From positions 1-43,078 of IMG/VR virus record IMGVR_UViG_3300045988_169798: a stretch of DNA of 43,078 bases. One strand, written 5' to 3'. The DNA is from a virus. Positions 25,995 to 34,276 of the stretch are shown piece after piece; position 1 is the first letter of the stretch; each line of letters opens with the position of its first letter. Position numbers and translations under genes: made by a program. The notes under the pieces were generated by a model. That model saw only the letters and a program-made list of their open reading frames with translations. It was not told the origin of the DNA and ran no database searches.

Positions 25995-26041
25995 ATAACA
26001 TTCCCCGCCTAGCATCGTCATTGCTGGGCGGGGAATGTTAT
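25995..26041 (+). terminator. Hairpin with AACATT/AATGTT base
   Basis: ATAACATTCCCCGCC 25995-26009 pairs with GGCGGGGAATGTTAT 26027-26041 (15 bp). The 3' arm overlaps a TATAAT at 26041-26046. Confidence 0.5.
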
Positions 26042-26099
26042 ATAATACCTATTGCAGCCCTGCCAAGCAATCATAACAAAAGAGGACATTAGACATACG

Positions 26100-26468
26100 A
26101 TGATCAATTTCCTGAACAATGTCCTCTCCGACGCCACCCTAGTAGCTTTGGCTGCCCTCACTGGCACAATTTTCTCTAACATAACACAGCGCAAAAACGC
26201 GCGCGACCAGGAACAGATCTCAATCCTAGATATCACTGTTCGTTCTCTTTCCGAGAGAGTGACTGCCCTGGAGGCCAGTCTTGCGGCCGCCGAAAGAGCC
26301 GCAGACATGGCAGAGGACGGCCGCCGACGGGCGGAAGTGAAATGGTGGGAGGCTGTCTCTTTCGCACATACTGTCATCGATTGGGGTAGGTCTCTGAAAA
26401 TTCTGATACCATCTGATAAAGAGGCCTCAATCCCTACTGAGCCTCAAATTCCGGAATCTATGAGGTGA
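26100..26468 (+). CDS. Membrane-anchored coiled-coil protein of the lysis cassette
   Basis: ATG 26100 with an AAGAGGA RBS. N-terminal TM (ATLVALAALTGTIFSNI) then a helical charged region. Confidence 0.5.
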   Translation: MINFLNNVLSDATLVALAALTGTIFSNITQRKNARDQEQISILDITVRSLSERVTALEASLAAAERAADMAEDGRRRAEVKWWEAVSFAHTVIDWGRSLKILIPSDKEASIPTEPQIPESMR

Positions 26469-26477
26469 TTCATAAAC

Positions 26478-26711
26478 ATGTTTACTCCTGAGGTCCGCAA
26501 GGCGCTTTACGCTCTGCTCACTGCCGTTCTCGGCGTCTTTGCGGCGTTCAATGTTATTTCTGCGGATCAGGCGTCTCAGTATGCTGACGCTGCCACCCAG
26601 ATTGTTGGTGCTCTGACTCTGGCGCTGGCTACGTATCACACTCGCCCCGGCGCGGCCACTGGCCGTCACGCCGCCGGTGAGGGTGAGGCCACTGAGGACA
26701 AGGTTGCCTGA
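26478..26711 (+). CDS. Holin
   Basis: 77 aa, two TM helices (ALYALLTAVLGVFAAFNVI, IVGALTLALATY), charged C-terminal tail, last gene of the lysis block. Confidence 0.6.
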   Translation: MFTPEVRKALYALLTAVLGVFAAFNVISADQASQYADAATQIVGALTLALATYHTRPGAATGRHAAGEGEATEDKVA

Positions 26712-26727
26712 CCTTCGCCGTTCATAG

Positions 26728-26773
26728 AACATTACTGCCCCCCGCCGGCTATCCGGTAGGGGGCAGTAATGTT
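26728..26773. terminator. Bidirectional terminator hairpin between the lysis cassette and the convergent replication operon
   Basis: AACATTACTGCCCCC 26728-26742 pairs with GGGGGCAGTAATGTT 26759-26773 (15 bp). Confidence 0.65.
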
Positions 26774-26793
26774 TCACGTAAAACACGGGGGCA

Positions 26794-26809
26794 TGTTTCA
26801 CGTGAAACA
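26794..26809. repeat. Perfect 16-bp palindrome TGTTTCACGTGAAACA (copy 2), preceded by a 15/16 copy at 26770-26785
   Basis: Read directly from the sequence. Abuts the RuvC-like stop codon at 26811. Confidence 0.9.
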
Positions 26810-26810
26810 T

Positions 26811-27296
26811 TCACCGCCGTTCCACGTCGTCTCCGATAATGCGGGCGATCACGGCCTCGTCGTGGCGTTTGGTGACTGCCCACAGGAAAAGATGACGCCC
26901 CGCATCACGTGCGTCGTCCGCATCCGGCTGACCTACACTGGCTCCAGTGGGCCAAAAATCAAGAGACTTCAGAACGTGGTCGGGCATGGTGGTCTTTGCC
27001 ATCGCGGGAGTCTGCCATACAATGTCTCCGATCTCCCATTCCAGCACAGTGTTGATTTTCACTGGGGTGAGGTCTGCGAGAAAATTGTTGCCCGGTCGAA
27101 GATCGAATTGTTCGCATACGAGAATGTCTGGGGCAAATTCGTTTCGTGTAGCCAGAATGTCGTAGACGCTAGCCGTCCAATGCTCATACTTGAATTGCTG
27201 AACATGAATAATTGAGAATTCGTGGTCGTCATGGAAATCTCCGATGACAATTCCCGTTGACTTACCGGGGTCAACGGCCATCACCCGCCGCATCAT
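26811..27296 (-). CDS. RuvC-like Holliday junction resolvase
   Basis: 161 aa. N-terminal MAVDPGKSTGIV catalytic-Asp motif, later acidic residues (CEQFD, DADDARDA). ATGA coupling to the upstream gene. Confidence 0.7.
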   Translation of the reverse strand: MMRRVMAVDPGKSTGIVIGDFHDDHEFSIIHVQQFKYEHWTASVYDILATRNEFAPDILVCEQFDLRPGNNFLADLTPVKINTVLEWEIGDIVWQTPAMAKTTMPDHVLKSLDFWPTGASVGQPDADDARDAGRHLFLWAVTKRHDEAVIARIIGDDVERR

Positions 27297-28348
27297 GCCT
27301 TTCCCTCCTTCCTCTTATTTCGTAGGCTTCGCCGCGACTTGTTCACGGTAGCAATATTTTTCACCGTGTCCGAACGCACTCCGTCTACCTTAAGCCACAG
27401 CGTGTCCGGCGCCATCGGCTTGCCGCGTCCCTTTTTCAGAGTCCACGGCGTATCCGGGTCGTCCGGGAAAGGCAGATTCTTATAGCACCATATTGCACAA
27501 TCCTGCGGGGAATCGAAATGGAAGTCCTCTTTTGGAATGTATCTTTTCAGGTCATAAATGCGTCGCATGAGTGAAGGAGTGAGCCATTTCGGTAGTTCCT
27601 TGTACATGCGAAGCGATGAGCTAGTGCACGGGCAATTCACGGGTTCGTTGCCGCTGAAACGCGAGACACGGATCCACTTCGCTTCCCCGCAATTCACGCA
27701 ACGCATATGAAAATACTTATGGTGATCGCTCATGAACCTGTACTCAGGGGACGTGACTTCCCACTGCCGAAAGCGGCGTCCCATCATTTCCGGTTCCTCC
27801 CCGGTCAAGTTTTTGTTCACCGGCTTGGCCGGATGGAGGATGCGACGGTTGCGACCTTTCTTTCTTGTCTTGGTGCGTATGATAGAGATTTCACCGGGGC
27901 GAAATACTCCGTTCTCGGTCGCGAACTCCCATTCAAATACAACCGATGGGTTGAATACGTTGTAGCACCATTCGATAGCTGACATCATGCCGTCGAACTC
28001 GAAATTATCTACACCGTTCTCTTCTCGCCACGCCCAAATATTGAGGCGAATATCGTTGTAAGAGCGGCTCGGCATGAGCGTCTCGTTTGCTTTGCGATGG
28101 TAACGCAAATACGGCATATCCGGCGTGTGGTCCAGTGCCACGTCAAGGTTGCATGGGGCGATTGGCTTGGTAATGTCAGGGCGCACGAAACGCCATTTCT
28201 TGTCCTCGGGAACCTCCAAATAGGTGAAACACCACTCCAGGGCAGCATCCACGGAAGAAAAAAGGAACTCCCCGCTTGGGACGCTCGTTTGAAGCCGCTC
28301 CAACCTGTTAGCGGCTAGCCTGTACAACTTGTATGAAGGTTGCATCAT
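27293..28348 (-). CDS. Hypothetical protein with a triplicated F-x-S/G-x(3)-A-x(2)-WC motif and a Zn-ribbon-like CxxC...CPC
   Basis: GAGAGGAAA RBS before ATGATG 28348. FSSVDAALEWCFTYL, FDGMMSAIEWCYNVF, FDSPQDCAIWCYKNL. HMRCVNCGEAKW...VNCPCT. Confidence 0.55.
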   Translation of the reverse strand: MMQPSYKLYRLAANRLERLQTSVPSGEFLFSSVDAALEWCFTYLEVPEDKKWRFVRPDITKPIAPCNLDVALDHTPDMPYLRYHRKANETLMPSRSYNDIRLNIWAWREENGVDNFEFDGMMSAIEWCYNVFNPSVVFEWEFATENGVFRPGEISIIRTKTRKKGRNRRILHPAKPVNKNLTGEEPEMMGRRFRQWEVTSPEYRFMSDHHKYFHMRCVNCGEAKWIRVSRFSGNEPVNCPCTSSSLRMYKELPKWLTPSLMRRIYDLKRYIPKEDFHFDSPQDCAIWCYKNLPFPDDPDTPWTLKKGRGKPMAPDTLWLKVDGVRSDTVKNIATVNKSRRSLRNKRKEGKA

Positions 28349-28376
28349 TCGTGTTTCCTCTCTTCTCTTATTTGGT

Positions 28377-28416
28377 TGAATAGCGGGGGCAACAGTATTG
28401 TTGCCCCCGCTATTCA
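28377..28416 (-). terminator. Perfect 18-bp hairpin with a 4-nt loop inside the leftward operon
   Basis: TGAATAGCGGGGGCAACA 28377-28394 / TGTTGCCCCCGCTATTCA 28399-28416. Confidence 0.45.
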
Positions 28417-28435
28417 AATCATGCGATCGTGTGTG

Positions 28436-29026
28436 TCAGAAAACTACCGGCGATGCGGCCGCAGTATTCTTCTTGGCCTCGAAATCAATGGAAGAAATCT
28501 CTGCTCTCGGAGGCCAAAATGCGGGCTTCGGGGCGCCGTCCTCGCCGAGGATGGTGATCCCGTTCTCGTCCTGCTCGTATGCGGGGCGACCGTAATCGTC
28601 CAGACGAGGCCTGGGCTTGCTCATCCTTGTCACCAATGTTGCGTGAGCGCCTTCCAGATTCTCGCACACGCGCTTCACGGTCGCGTCAATCTTCTGTGGC
28701 GAGAGAAGATCGGCCCGCTCCCTGGCGTCAGCCGGCCACAGACCAGCGGCACTGAAGTACTTCGGAATATTGAAGTGAATGTAGGTCTTTCCGTTCTTGT
28801 TAATGGTGAAAACTGTGCGGTCGGTGAGGGCCTTTCCGGCGTCCTCGTCGTCACCGTCAATCATCCAATCGGTGACAAGCATCGGCCTGCCGCTCTTGGA
28901 CGTGGTCATTTCGGCCTTGGTGATGAAAGCGGAATGCTTTCCCGGCTTAGGCGGCTCGAAATTGCCACCGCCAGTAGCGACTTCCAGGGATGAAAGGTCG
29001 GTGCCGAAGTTGAAGCCAGTTGCCAT
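28436..29026 (-). CDS. Putative ssDNA-binding protein (DUF669-like) partnering the Sak4-like ATPase
   Basis: AGGAGC RBS before ATG 29026 (MATGFNFGTDLSS...). Position next to the AAA_24-type ATPase. OB-like beta-rich sequence. Confidence 0.5.
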   Translation of the reverse strand: MATGFNFGTDLSSLEVATGGGNFEPPKPGKHSAFITKAEMTTSKSGRPMLVTDWMIDGDDEDAGKALTDRTVFTINKNGKTYIHFNIPKYFSAAGLWPADARERADLLSPQKIDATVKRVCENLEGAHATLVTRMSKPRPRLDDYGRPAYEQDENGITILGEDGAPKPAFWPPRAEISSIDFEAKKNTAAASPVVF

Positions 29027-29069
29027 AATTATTGTGCTCCTATAAGTCGGTGGTAAAGAATTGCGGAGG

Positions 29070-29183
29070 TCAGTTCTTACCGTCGGTGGGCTTGCTGCGA
29101 AGCGCCTCCCTGACAGCGTCGGCGGCGATAGCGAGAGTCTCAGTGGAGACGCCACGGTCGGCGGTAACAGTGATCTTAGCCAT
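29070..29183 (-). CDS. Small 37-aa ORF below the track length cutoff
   Basis: GGAAGAGAG RBS, then ATG 29183: MAKITVTADRGVSTETLAIAADAVREALRSKPTDGKN, stop at 29070-29072. Fills an otherwise empty 186-nt gap. Confidence 0.35.
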   Translation of the reverse strand: MAKITVTADRGVSTETLAIAADAVREALRSKPTDGKN

Positions 29184-29212
29184 AATATGTTTCTCTCTTC
29201 CTATGTTTTTGG

Positions 29213-29953
29213 TTAGTGGCTAGTGATGTAATTGTGGATCTTGGTCATGTTTGGGTTTCCCATTGCTGGCGGGAAACCGCGCGTCTGTTGCTTTGTCACA
29301 ACGTTGGGTTTGCGAGTGTACAGGACTGGCACGGTGATTTCTTCCCCGTCCCCATTGTCCACGTTCGCCCATTCCATGTAGCCGACGAAGTTAAACAAGG
29401 CGGGGATGCGCTGCCCAGACTTCTGCCCCTCAAATGACGGGGCGATGAAGGTTTCCCCAGTGACTTCATTGCTTTCGCGTGCGGAATGCGTGATAGCAAT
29501 GAATGAAATGTCGGGGGGGTCCAGGAATACGCTGATCGCCTTCAACAGGGAATCGTACACTGCCCGCCATTTCGTCCACGTGTCATTCGACACGGCCTCA
29601 TAGTGAGACAGGATGAGTTCCTGGCACTTGTCTAGCGTGTCGAACACTACAGTTTTGTAGGGGAATTTTGCAAGATTGCGTGCAATATTGTCGCAAAGAT
29701 TGGCGCAATCAACCCACTTGTCGCAATGCACGACAGTGATGTTTGCAGGGTTCCCCCAATCCCGTACTGGGAGCGTGCCGGATTCGAAATCAACGTACAA
29801 GACGGGCGACATGTCGTCCACCTGTGACGCCGTAGCTGCGAGCGATGTTTTGCCGACGCCACTCACACCATGAATAAGCATGTTGAAATGATTATTCTGC
29901 TCCGGGTTCACGACCGTCATTCCGAGACGGGCAAGAGTGTCCTCGAAAGTCAT
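29213..29953 (-). CDS. RecA-fold AAA ATPase (AAA_24 / Sak4-like recombination protein)
   Basis: Walker A HGVSGVGKTS, Walker B VVFDTLD. ATG 29953 preferred because the GTG at 29965 overlaps the AGGAGG RBS. Confidence 0.7.
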   Translation of the reverse strand: MTFEDTLARLGMTVVNPEQNNHFNMLIHGVSGVGKTSLAATASQVDDMSPVLYVDFESGTLPVRDWGNPANITVVHCDKWVDCANLCDNIARNLAKFPYKTVVFDTLDKCQELILSHYEAVSNDTWTKWRAVYDSLLKAISVFLDPPDISFIAITHSARESNEVTGETFIAPSFEGQKSGQRIPALFNFVGYMEWANVDNGDGEEITVPVLYTRKPNVVTKQQTRGFPPAMGNPNMTKIHNYITSH

Positions 29954-29968
29954 ATTATGTTTCACCTC

Positions 29969-30718
29969 CTAACCGTTAATGTTGTAGTTTTTGAAAGCTT
30001 CTGTGTGGCGCTCATGTGAGCAGTACCAACATAGGGGTGACGATTGGAGACTGTCAACCCTATCGTCTTGTGACCTTGCTCTCTCCCAAATGTTTTGGAG
30101 TCTCTCTATGGCCGCGAGCGCAACGTCCTGCCGCCACGGAAAAGAGAACTCGCAAATACTGTCCGGCACGACCTCTACACTACAGTCCCTTGGGAGAGCA
30201 ACAATAGAACAGTGGGCTATGTCATAGCCGAGTTGTGTGAGGCCGTACCCGTAGAGCATGATTTGAATGTAGTATTTACGAAATTGTGCGCCCGCTATCG
30301 TGTTAGCGAACTGAGGCAACTCACCGTCCCATTTGATACCCTTCCGGAATGCGGAAATCTTTTTCCGTGAGAGCAGCTTCCAGTCCAGGACCGTCGCCGC
30401 CGCAATATCGAAGCGATCCACACTCCCAGAAACACTCCCATAGTCTTCAAGATCACATACCTCTACTCTCTGTTCCACTAGAACATTCGGGTCATTCTTC
30501 GTGCGCGATTCCGCGAAAGCATGAAACGCGGTGCCCAGGAAGGGCGCCAACGGTGAGCCCCCACCCTCCATATTGTGCGGGATGCCGAGGAGTTTGTCGG
30601 CAATGCATCGTTCGCAATCATCCCCGATTTCACTTACACCGATGCGCGTTTGTTTGTCACGTTCGGTTGGGGCGAAAACATTACTGACCGCTGTTGTGGC
30701 GGCCGGGCTCAAATTCAA
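29969..30718 (-). CDS. PD-(D/E)XK Cas4/RecB-like exonuclease
   Basis: N-terminal CERC and C-terminal CWYCSH cysteines, VLDWK (D-x-K) and QIMLYGY (QhxxY) motifs. TTG 30718 has an AGGAGG 10 nt upstream. The alternative ATG 30820 would overlap the upstream gene by 140 nt. Confidence 0.7.
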   Translation of the reverse strand: MNLSPAATTAVSNVFAPTERDKQTRIGVSEIGDDCERCIADKLLGIPHNMEGGGSPLAPFLGTAFHAFAESRTKNDPNVLVEQRVEVCDLEDYGSVSGSVDRFDIAAATVLDWKLLSRKKISAFRKGIKWDGELPQFANTIAGAQFRKYYIQIMLYGYGLTQLGYDIAHCSIVALPRDCSVEVVPDSICEFSFPWRQDVALAAIERLQNIWERARSQDDRVDSLQSSPLCWYCSHERHTEAFKNYNING

Positions 30719-30947
30719 ATTTCTCTCCCTCCTGAATTGCGGCGATAGCGGCGAGCCTGACGTCGCGGTGGACTTCAATGTCTCCGCTCGCAATGTCTTC
30801 GACGAAGAATAGTCTTGCATCGCCGGCCGGCATGATTTCGTAGACCGTGCCGCCCAATTCTTCTGCCCGCATTGCGGCCTGTTCGAGATTCGAGTAGACC
30901 CGATAGTCGCCTTTCTGCGACGATTCCCATACTAGGTAGACACCCAT
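30681..30947 (-). CDS. Hypothetical protein
   Basis: 88 aa, ATG start, in the operon. Confidence 0.45.
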   Translation of the reverse strand: MGVYLVWESSQKGDYRVYSNLEQAAMRAEELGGTVYEIMPAGDARLFFVEDIASGDIEVHRDVRLAAIAAIQEGEKFEFEPGRHNSGQ

Positions 30948-30994
30948 TAGTGTTTTTGCCCTCTCTTCCCTGTAATATTAGTTATGATTGCGTG

Positions 30995-31213
30995 TCATTC
31001 GATAATGGTTGCTGTGAGGCCGGCCCGCTCCTCGATCGCCGCGGAAATGACGGCCGCATAGCACTGAATCCGCCAAATGCTCTCCGATCGAATGCTGGGT
31101 ACGTGCAGTCGCATTGTCTTGACGCCGAATTTCGTTGGCCATTTCAGGATGATTGTGCGGCCGGCGATTTCGTCGACTGTGGTGCCCTGCGTAATGCGCA
31201 TAATGTTTTTCAC
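30995..31213 (-). CDS. Hypothetical protein
   Basis: 72 aa. GTG 31213 overlaps the upstream TGA (GTGA). Confidence 0.4.
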   Translation of the reverse strand: MKNIMRITQGTTVDEIAGRTIILKWPTKFGVKTMRLHVPSIRSESIWRIQCYAAVISAAIEERAGLTATIIE

Positions 31214-31530
31214 TCCCCCGCTGTGGTGAGCTCGTAAATGTCGAGGCTATTGTTGGTGGCCATGCTCCGCATGATGTTAATGTTGTCCGTCGCAACATGG
31301 ATGACATTAATGTCCGAGTGTGCATCGTCCACTGGGGTGACGATCAGGAAATTCCTGCCGACCAGCTCGCTGTCGTCGGATACGAGAATGTCCCGAATGG
31401 TGCCTGTCATGCGGCGTCGTACTAGACGAATGGCCGAGCCGCCGTGTGTTTCTGTCTTCATGGCATCTACTGTATTCGTGTGGTGGTGGTGTATGCAACC
31501 CACATGGGCGTGGTCTCTATCACATCTCAT
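31210..31530 (-). CDS. Hypothetical protein
   Basis: 106 aa. ATG 31530 overlaps the helicase TGA (ATGA). Confidence 0.45.
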   Translation of the reverse strand: MRCDRDHAHVGCIHHHHTNTVDAMKTETHGGSAIRLVRRRMTGTIRDILVSDDSELVGRNFLIVTPVDDAHSDINVIHVATDNINIMRSMATNNSLDIYELTTAGE

Positions 31531-32921
31531 ATGAGGCCGCTCTCACGCAGACGCTCATACCCCGCCGCCAACCTGGGCTCCACAGCCGTCACGTCAACAG
31601 TGCCCTCACACTGCAAAAGAAAACGATTCACCCGTTTCGTTTGCCCCTTGCGATTCAAACGAGCAGACGCCTGCAAATTCAAAATCACACTATTATCTTC
31701 GCTCAACCAAATCTCAGTGTTGCAAACGTTCTGCAGACCGTCAATCCCTTCGGCAGCGGCCGCAATGACGGCACAGAGAATCCGTGGCCCATCGGGCTCC
31801 AAAAATCGTCGCCACTCATCCCTGTAATCGCTGGACAATTCAACACTCTGATAGCCAGCATCGGCCAATCGCTCTCTCAGAGGCGCCATGAATTTACGTG
31901 AATGACACCACAGAACAACTCTCTCGTCCGGGGGCAGATCAGACAGAATATCGAGGGTGGCGTCAATCTTCGAAGATTCTCGCTCCTCGAACTCGACACT
32001 ATCGCCCACGATCCTCAACGGTCCGAGAGTGACCTGTCTGAGGCGCCCGTCGAGAACGGCGGCGGACGAGGCCACACTGGCCCCACCATCCATAACCGCC
32101 AAACGATAATCCACGAACTCCCGGTACATCCTCTTCTGTTCACACCGCATCCCACAAGCAACGCGTTGAACATTCACAGGGGGAAGATCACCAAAAACCT
32201 CACTACCCCGCATCGCAGACCAAACATCACCCACAGAATCGCGGAGGACGCCAGGAGTCTTTTCGCCACCATAAATCCTGGCATACGGGGACGCCGCAAA
32301 AGGATTGAGCTGAGAGACAAAAAACTCATCCGCAAACCGGTAGAAACTACGGTCAACACTATCCGAGTTCAGAAATTTGAGAACACCATAAATGTTGACG
32401 GGTTTATTGCCGGCGGGCGTACCCGACAAACCAAGACGATATTTCGACTTCAATGCTTTCACTGCCCGGAAAGACTGGGTGCGGTGATTCGCAATGCGGT
32501 GAACCTCGTCCACTACCACCATGTCGAACGATTTCTTCGAGAAGGAAGCATTCGGCCACTTCCCCGCGTCCACGGCCTTTCCCAGTGAAACCAACAGCTC
32601 GAAATTAATGACCCACCAACCGTCCTCGCCGTTCAGCATGCTCTCAATGTTGGCGCGCCCCGCCTTAGTAGAGCGCGACAGTACTTTCGCTTCCCGGCCG
32701 GCAATGACCTTGACGCTGGCCTGCCATGACGGAATGACGCGCTTCGGGCACACAACAATGACACGCCTGGCAGCATTAAGTTTTTGTGTGACCCAGATGG
32801 CCCCGTATGTTTTGCCGCACCCCGGTTCCCATGCCAGCAAAGCACCACCACCGCCTCGAATCGCGGCGACGGTGCGGTTGATTTCTCTTTCCTGCGCCCC
32901 AGTGGGTTGAATATTAATCAT
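31527..32921 (-). CDS. SNF2-family (SF2) helicase
   Basis: Motif I EPGCGKT, motif II DEVH (VVVDEVHRI), motif III LSGTP, motif VI QASARLNRKGQ. ATG 32921 (MINIQPTG). Confidence 0.85.
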   Translation of the reverse strand: MINIQPTGAQEREINRTVAAIRGGGGALLAWEPGCGKTYGAIWVTQKLNAARRVIVVCPKRVIPSWQASVKVIAGREAKVLSRSTKAGRANIESMLNGEDGWWVINFELLVSLGKAVDAGKWPNASFSKKSFDMVVVDEVHRIANHRTQSFRAVKALKSKYRLGLSGTPAGNKPVNIYGVLKFLNSDSVDRSFYRFADEFFVSQLNPFAASPYARIYGGEKTPGVLRDSVGDVWSAMRGSEVFGDLPPVNVQRVACGMRCEQKRMYREFVDYRLAVMDGGASVASSAAVLDGRLRQVTLGPLRIVGDSVEFEERESSKIDATLDILSDLPPDERVVLWCHSRKFMAPLRERLADAGYQSVELSSDYRDEWRRFLEPDGPRILCAVIAAAAEGIDGLQNVCNTEIWLSEDNSVILNLQASARLNRKGQTKRVNRFLLQCEGTVDVTAVEPRLAAGYERLRESGLI

Positions 32922-32982
32922 TGAAATTCGTCCAAACAATCACTAGTAGGCAAATGATAAGCATGAACACGAGACGTGTCAT
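32914..32982 (-). CDS. 22-aa hydrophobic peptide ORF overlapping the helicase start
   Basis: GGAAAGGAAAGGG RBS, then ATG 32982: MTRLVFMLIICLLVIVWTNFND. Its last codons contain the helicase ATG (AATGATTAA). Confidence 0.4.
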   Translation of the reverse strand: MTRLVFMLIICLLVIVWTNFND

Positions 32983-33006
32983 CTGCCCTTTCCTTTCCAA
33001 TATGAG

Positions 33007-33042
33007 GAACCCCGCCCCATCATTGCTAACGGGGCGGGGTTC
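33007..33042 (-). terminator. GC-rich hairpin downstream of the 33053..33265 gene
   Basis: GAACCCCGCCCC 33007-33018 pairs with GGGGCGGGGTTC 33031-33042 (12 bp). Confidence 0.5.
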
Positions 33043-33052
33043 GTCGTGGTGG

Positions 33053-33265
33053 TCAGTGGGCGATGACGTGACGCTGCACGGCGTCCCAGTAGGCGTCCTC
33101 GTCCACGTCCACCACATAGTAGGGGGTTCCAGTGGCGGAGAAGTACTGTCCGATCACGTCGTCGGCGATCGCGGCAACATCGTAGCCGTCCATCTGGTCG
33201 AGCGTGGGGATGATGTCGTACATGATGACGTCGTCCCGGGTGCTGCGGCGAGCGATAGTGTCCAT
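33053..33265 (-). CDS. Small acidic hypothetical protein in a GC-rich island
   Basis: Polypurine RBS (GAAGAGAAG) before ATG 33265. 70 aa, Asp-rich, G/C-ending codons unlike its neighbours. Confidence 0.5.
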   Translation of the reverse strand: MDTIARRSTRDDVIMYDIIPTLDQMDGYDVAAIADDVIGQYFSATGTPYYVVDVDEDAYWDAVQRHVIAH

Positions 33266-33373
33266 GACTTCTCTTCTCTCTTCTCTTCGTGTCGGTGCCA
33301 CCGTTCCTCGGTGACGACCCTAGTATAGGCAGACCGTACGCTCTCCAGCCACCCCAAAATGGCGTGACCCTGC

Positions 33374-34276
33374 TCACATCTCCAGTTGGAGGAGAGATAG
33401 CGCCTTACCCACGGCCACACCCACGTCGCCACCGCACTCCAGTAGCCTCATACAATCGAAAACAGTGTGCGCCCGGCCATCCGCGAGCGGATCATCCGCA
33501 TGATGCGAGTAGACCAGACCACTGTCCAGCATCGTCACGCCCGGAGCCGTGCCACCACCACGCGCATACCGCCACCGCCGCCCCACCGACTCGTAAGGCC
33601 AACCAAACAAACCGACAAGATCATTAAACCCATACTTTGAATTGAATTCCCCAATCACACCACCATAACCACCATCAGGCACAGAAGACAAAGAAACACC
33701 ACCATCGCCTTTCTCCTCATACCCGATATTCTCCAACCACTTATCAACATTCAAACGAGCACCATCAATGAGCCAATTGCGTACCCTCAAACCAAGACGA
33801 TGTGACGGTAGGAAAAAAGCTCGAGACGCCTCAGCGCACGACCCATCCCACTGGGCCACGGGCCCCAACACACTGAAGCACGTCCGGCTAATCGACTCGC
33901 ACTCCCCCACGGTCATGCTGCGAGTACAAGGCAGAACGACGCGGAAACGCGGAGACGGAAAAGACGACGACGCCGTCTCCCACACAATACCGGCGAGATT
34001 CGCCGCACGCATACGATCCCCGACAAAATCTTTCCGCGACCCATGATCCGCGTCCAAAACAATAGCGGACCGGGACACGAAATTCCTCTTCTGCCGCCTG
34101 CCCCCCGAAAGAATGCCAGCAAAAAAAGCTGGAGCATCATTCTTCTCACATTTCGAGGGCACCTCACACAAGGCAGCAAAATCACTCAAATTTACGTTGG
34201 TAGCACGCCACCCTGTGACGGAACGGACATTGCCCGCTACCATCGCAGGAAAACGCACACCGAAAACATCACTCAC
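33374..34276 (-). CDS. Putative primase / replication initiation protein (AEP/Prim-Pol-like; weak motif evidence)
   Basis: 300 aa. D-x-D-like IVLDADHG, RFRVVLPC, FFLPSH. GTG start overlaps the upstream stop (GTGAGTGA). Adjacent to the helicase-like gene. Confidence 0.4.
   Translation of the reverse strand: MSDVFGVRFPAMVAGNVRSVTGWRATNVNLSDFAALCEVPSKCEKNDAPAFFAGILSGGRRQKRNFVSRSAIVLDADHGSRKDFVGDRMRAANLAGIVWETASSSFPSPRFRVVLPCTRSMTVGECESISRTCFSVLGPVAQWDGSCAEASRAFFLPSHRLGLRVRNWLIDGARLNVDKWLENIGYEEKGDGGVSLSSVPDGGYGGVIGEFNSKYGFNDLVGLFGWPYESVGRRWRYARGGGTAPGVTMLDSGLVYSHHADDPLADGRAHTVFDCMRLLECGGDVGVAVGKALSLLQLEM

Noticed and set aside
29027-29155. N-terminal extension of the SSB-like ORF (MASPLRLSLSPPTLSGRRF...)
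   Set aside because: It is a P/S/R-rich low-complexity extension without an RBS. ATG 29026 has an AGGAGC RBS, and the extension overlaps a better small ORF in another frame.
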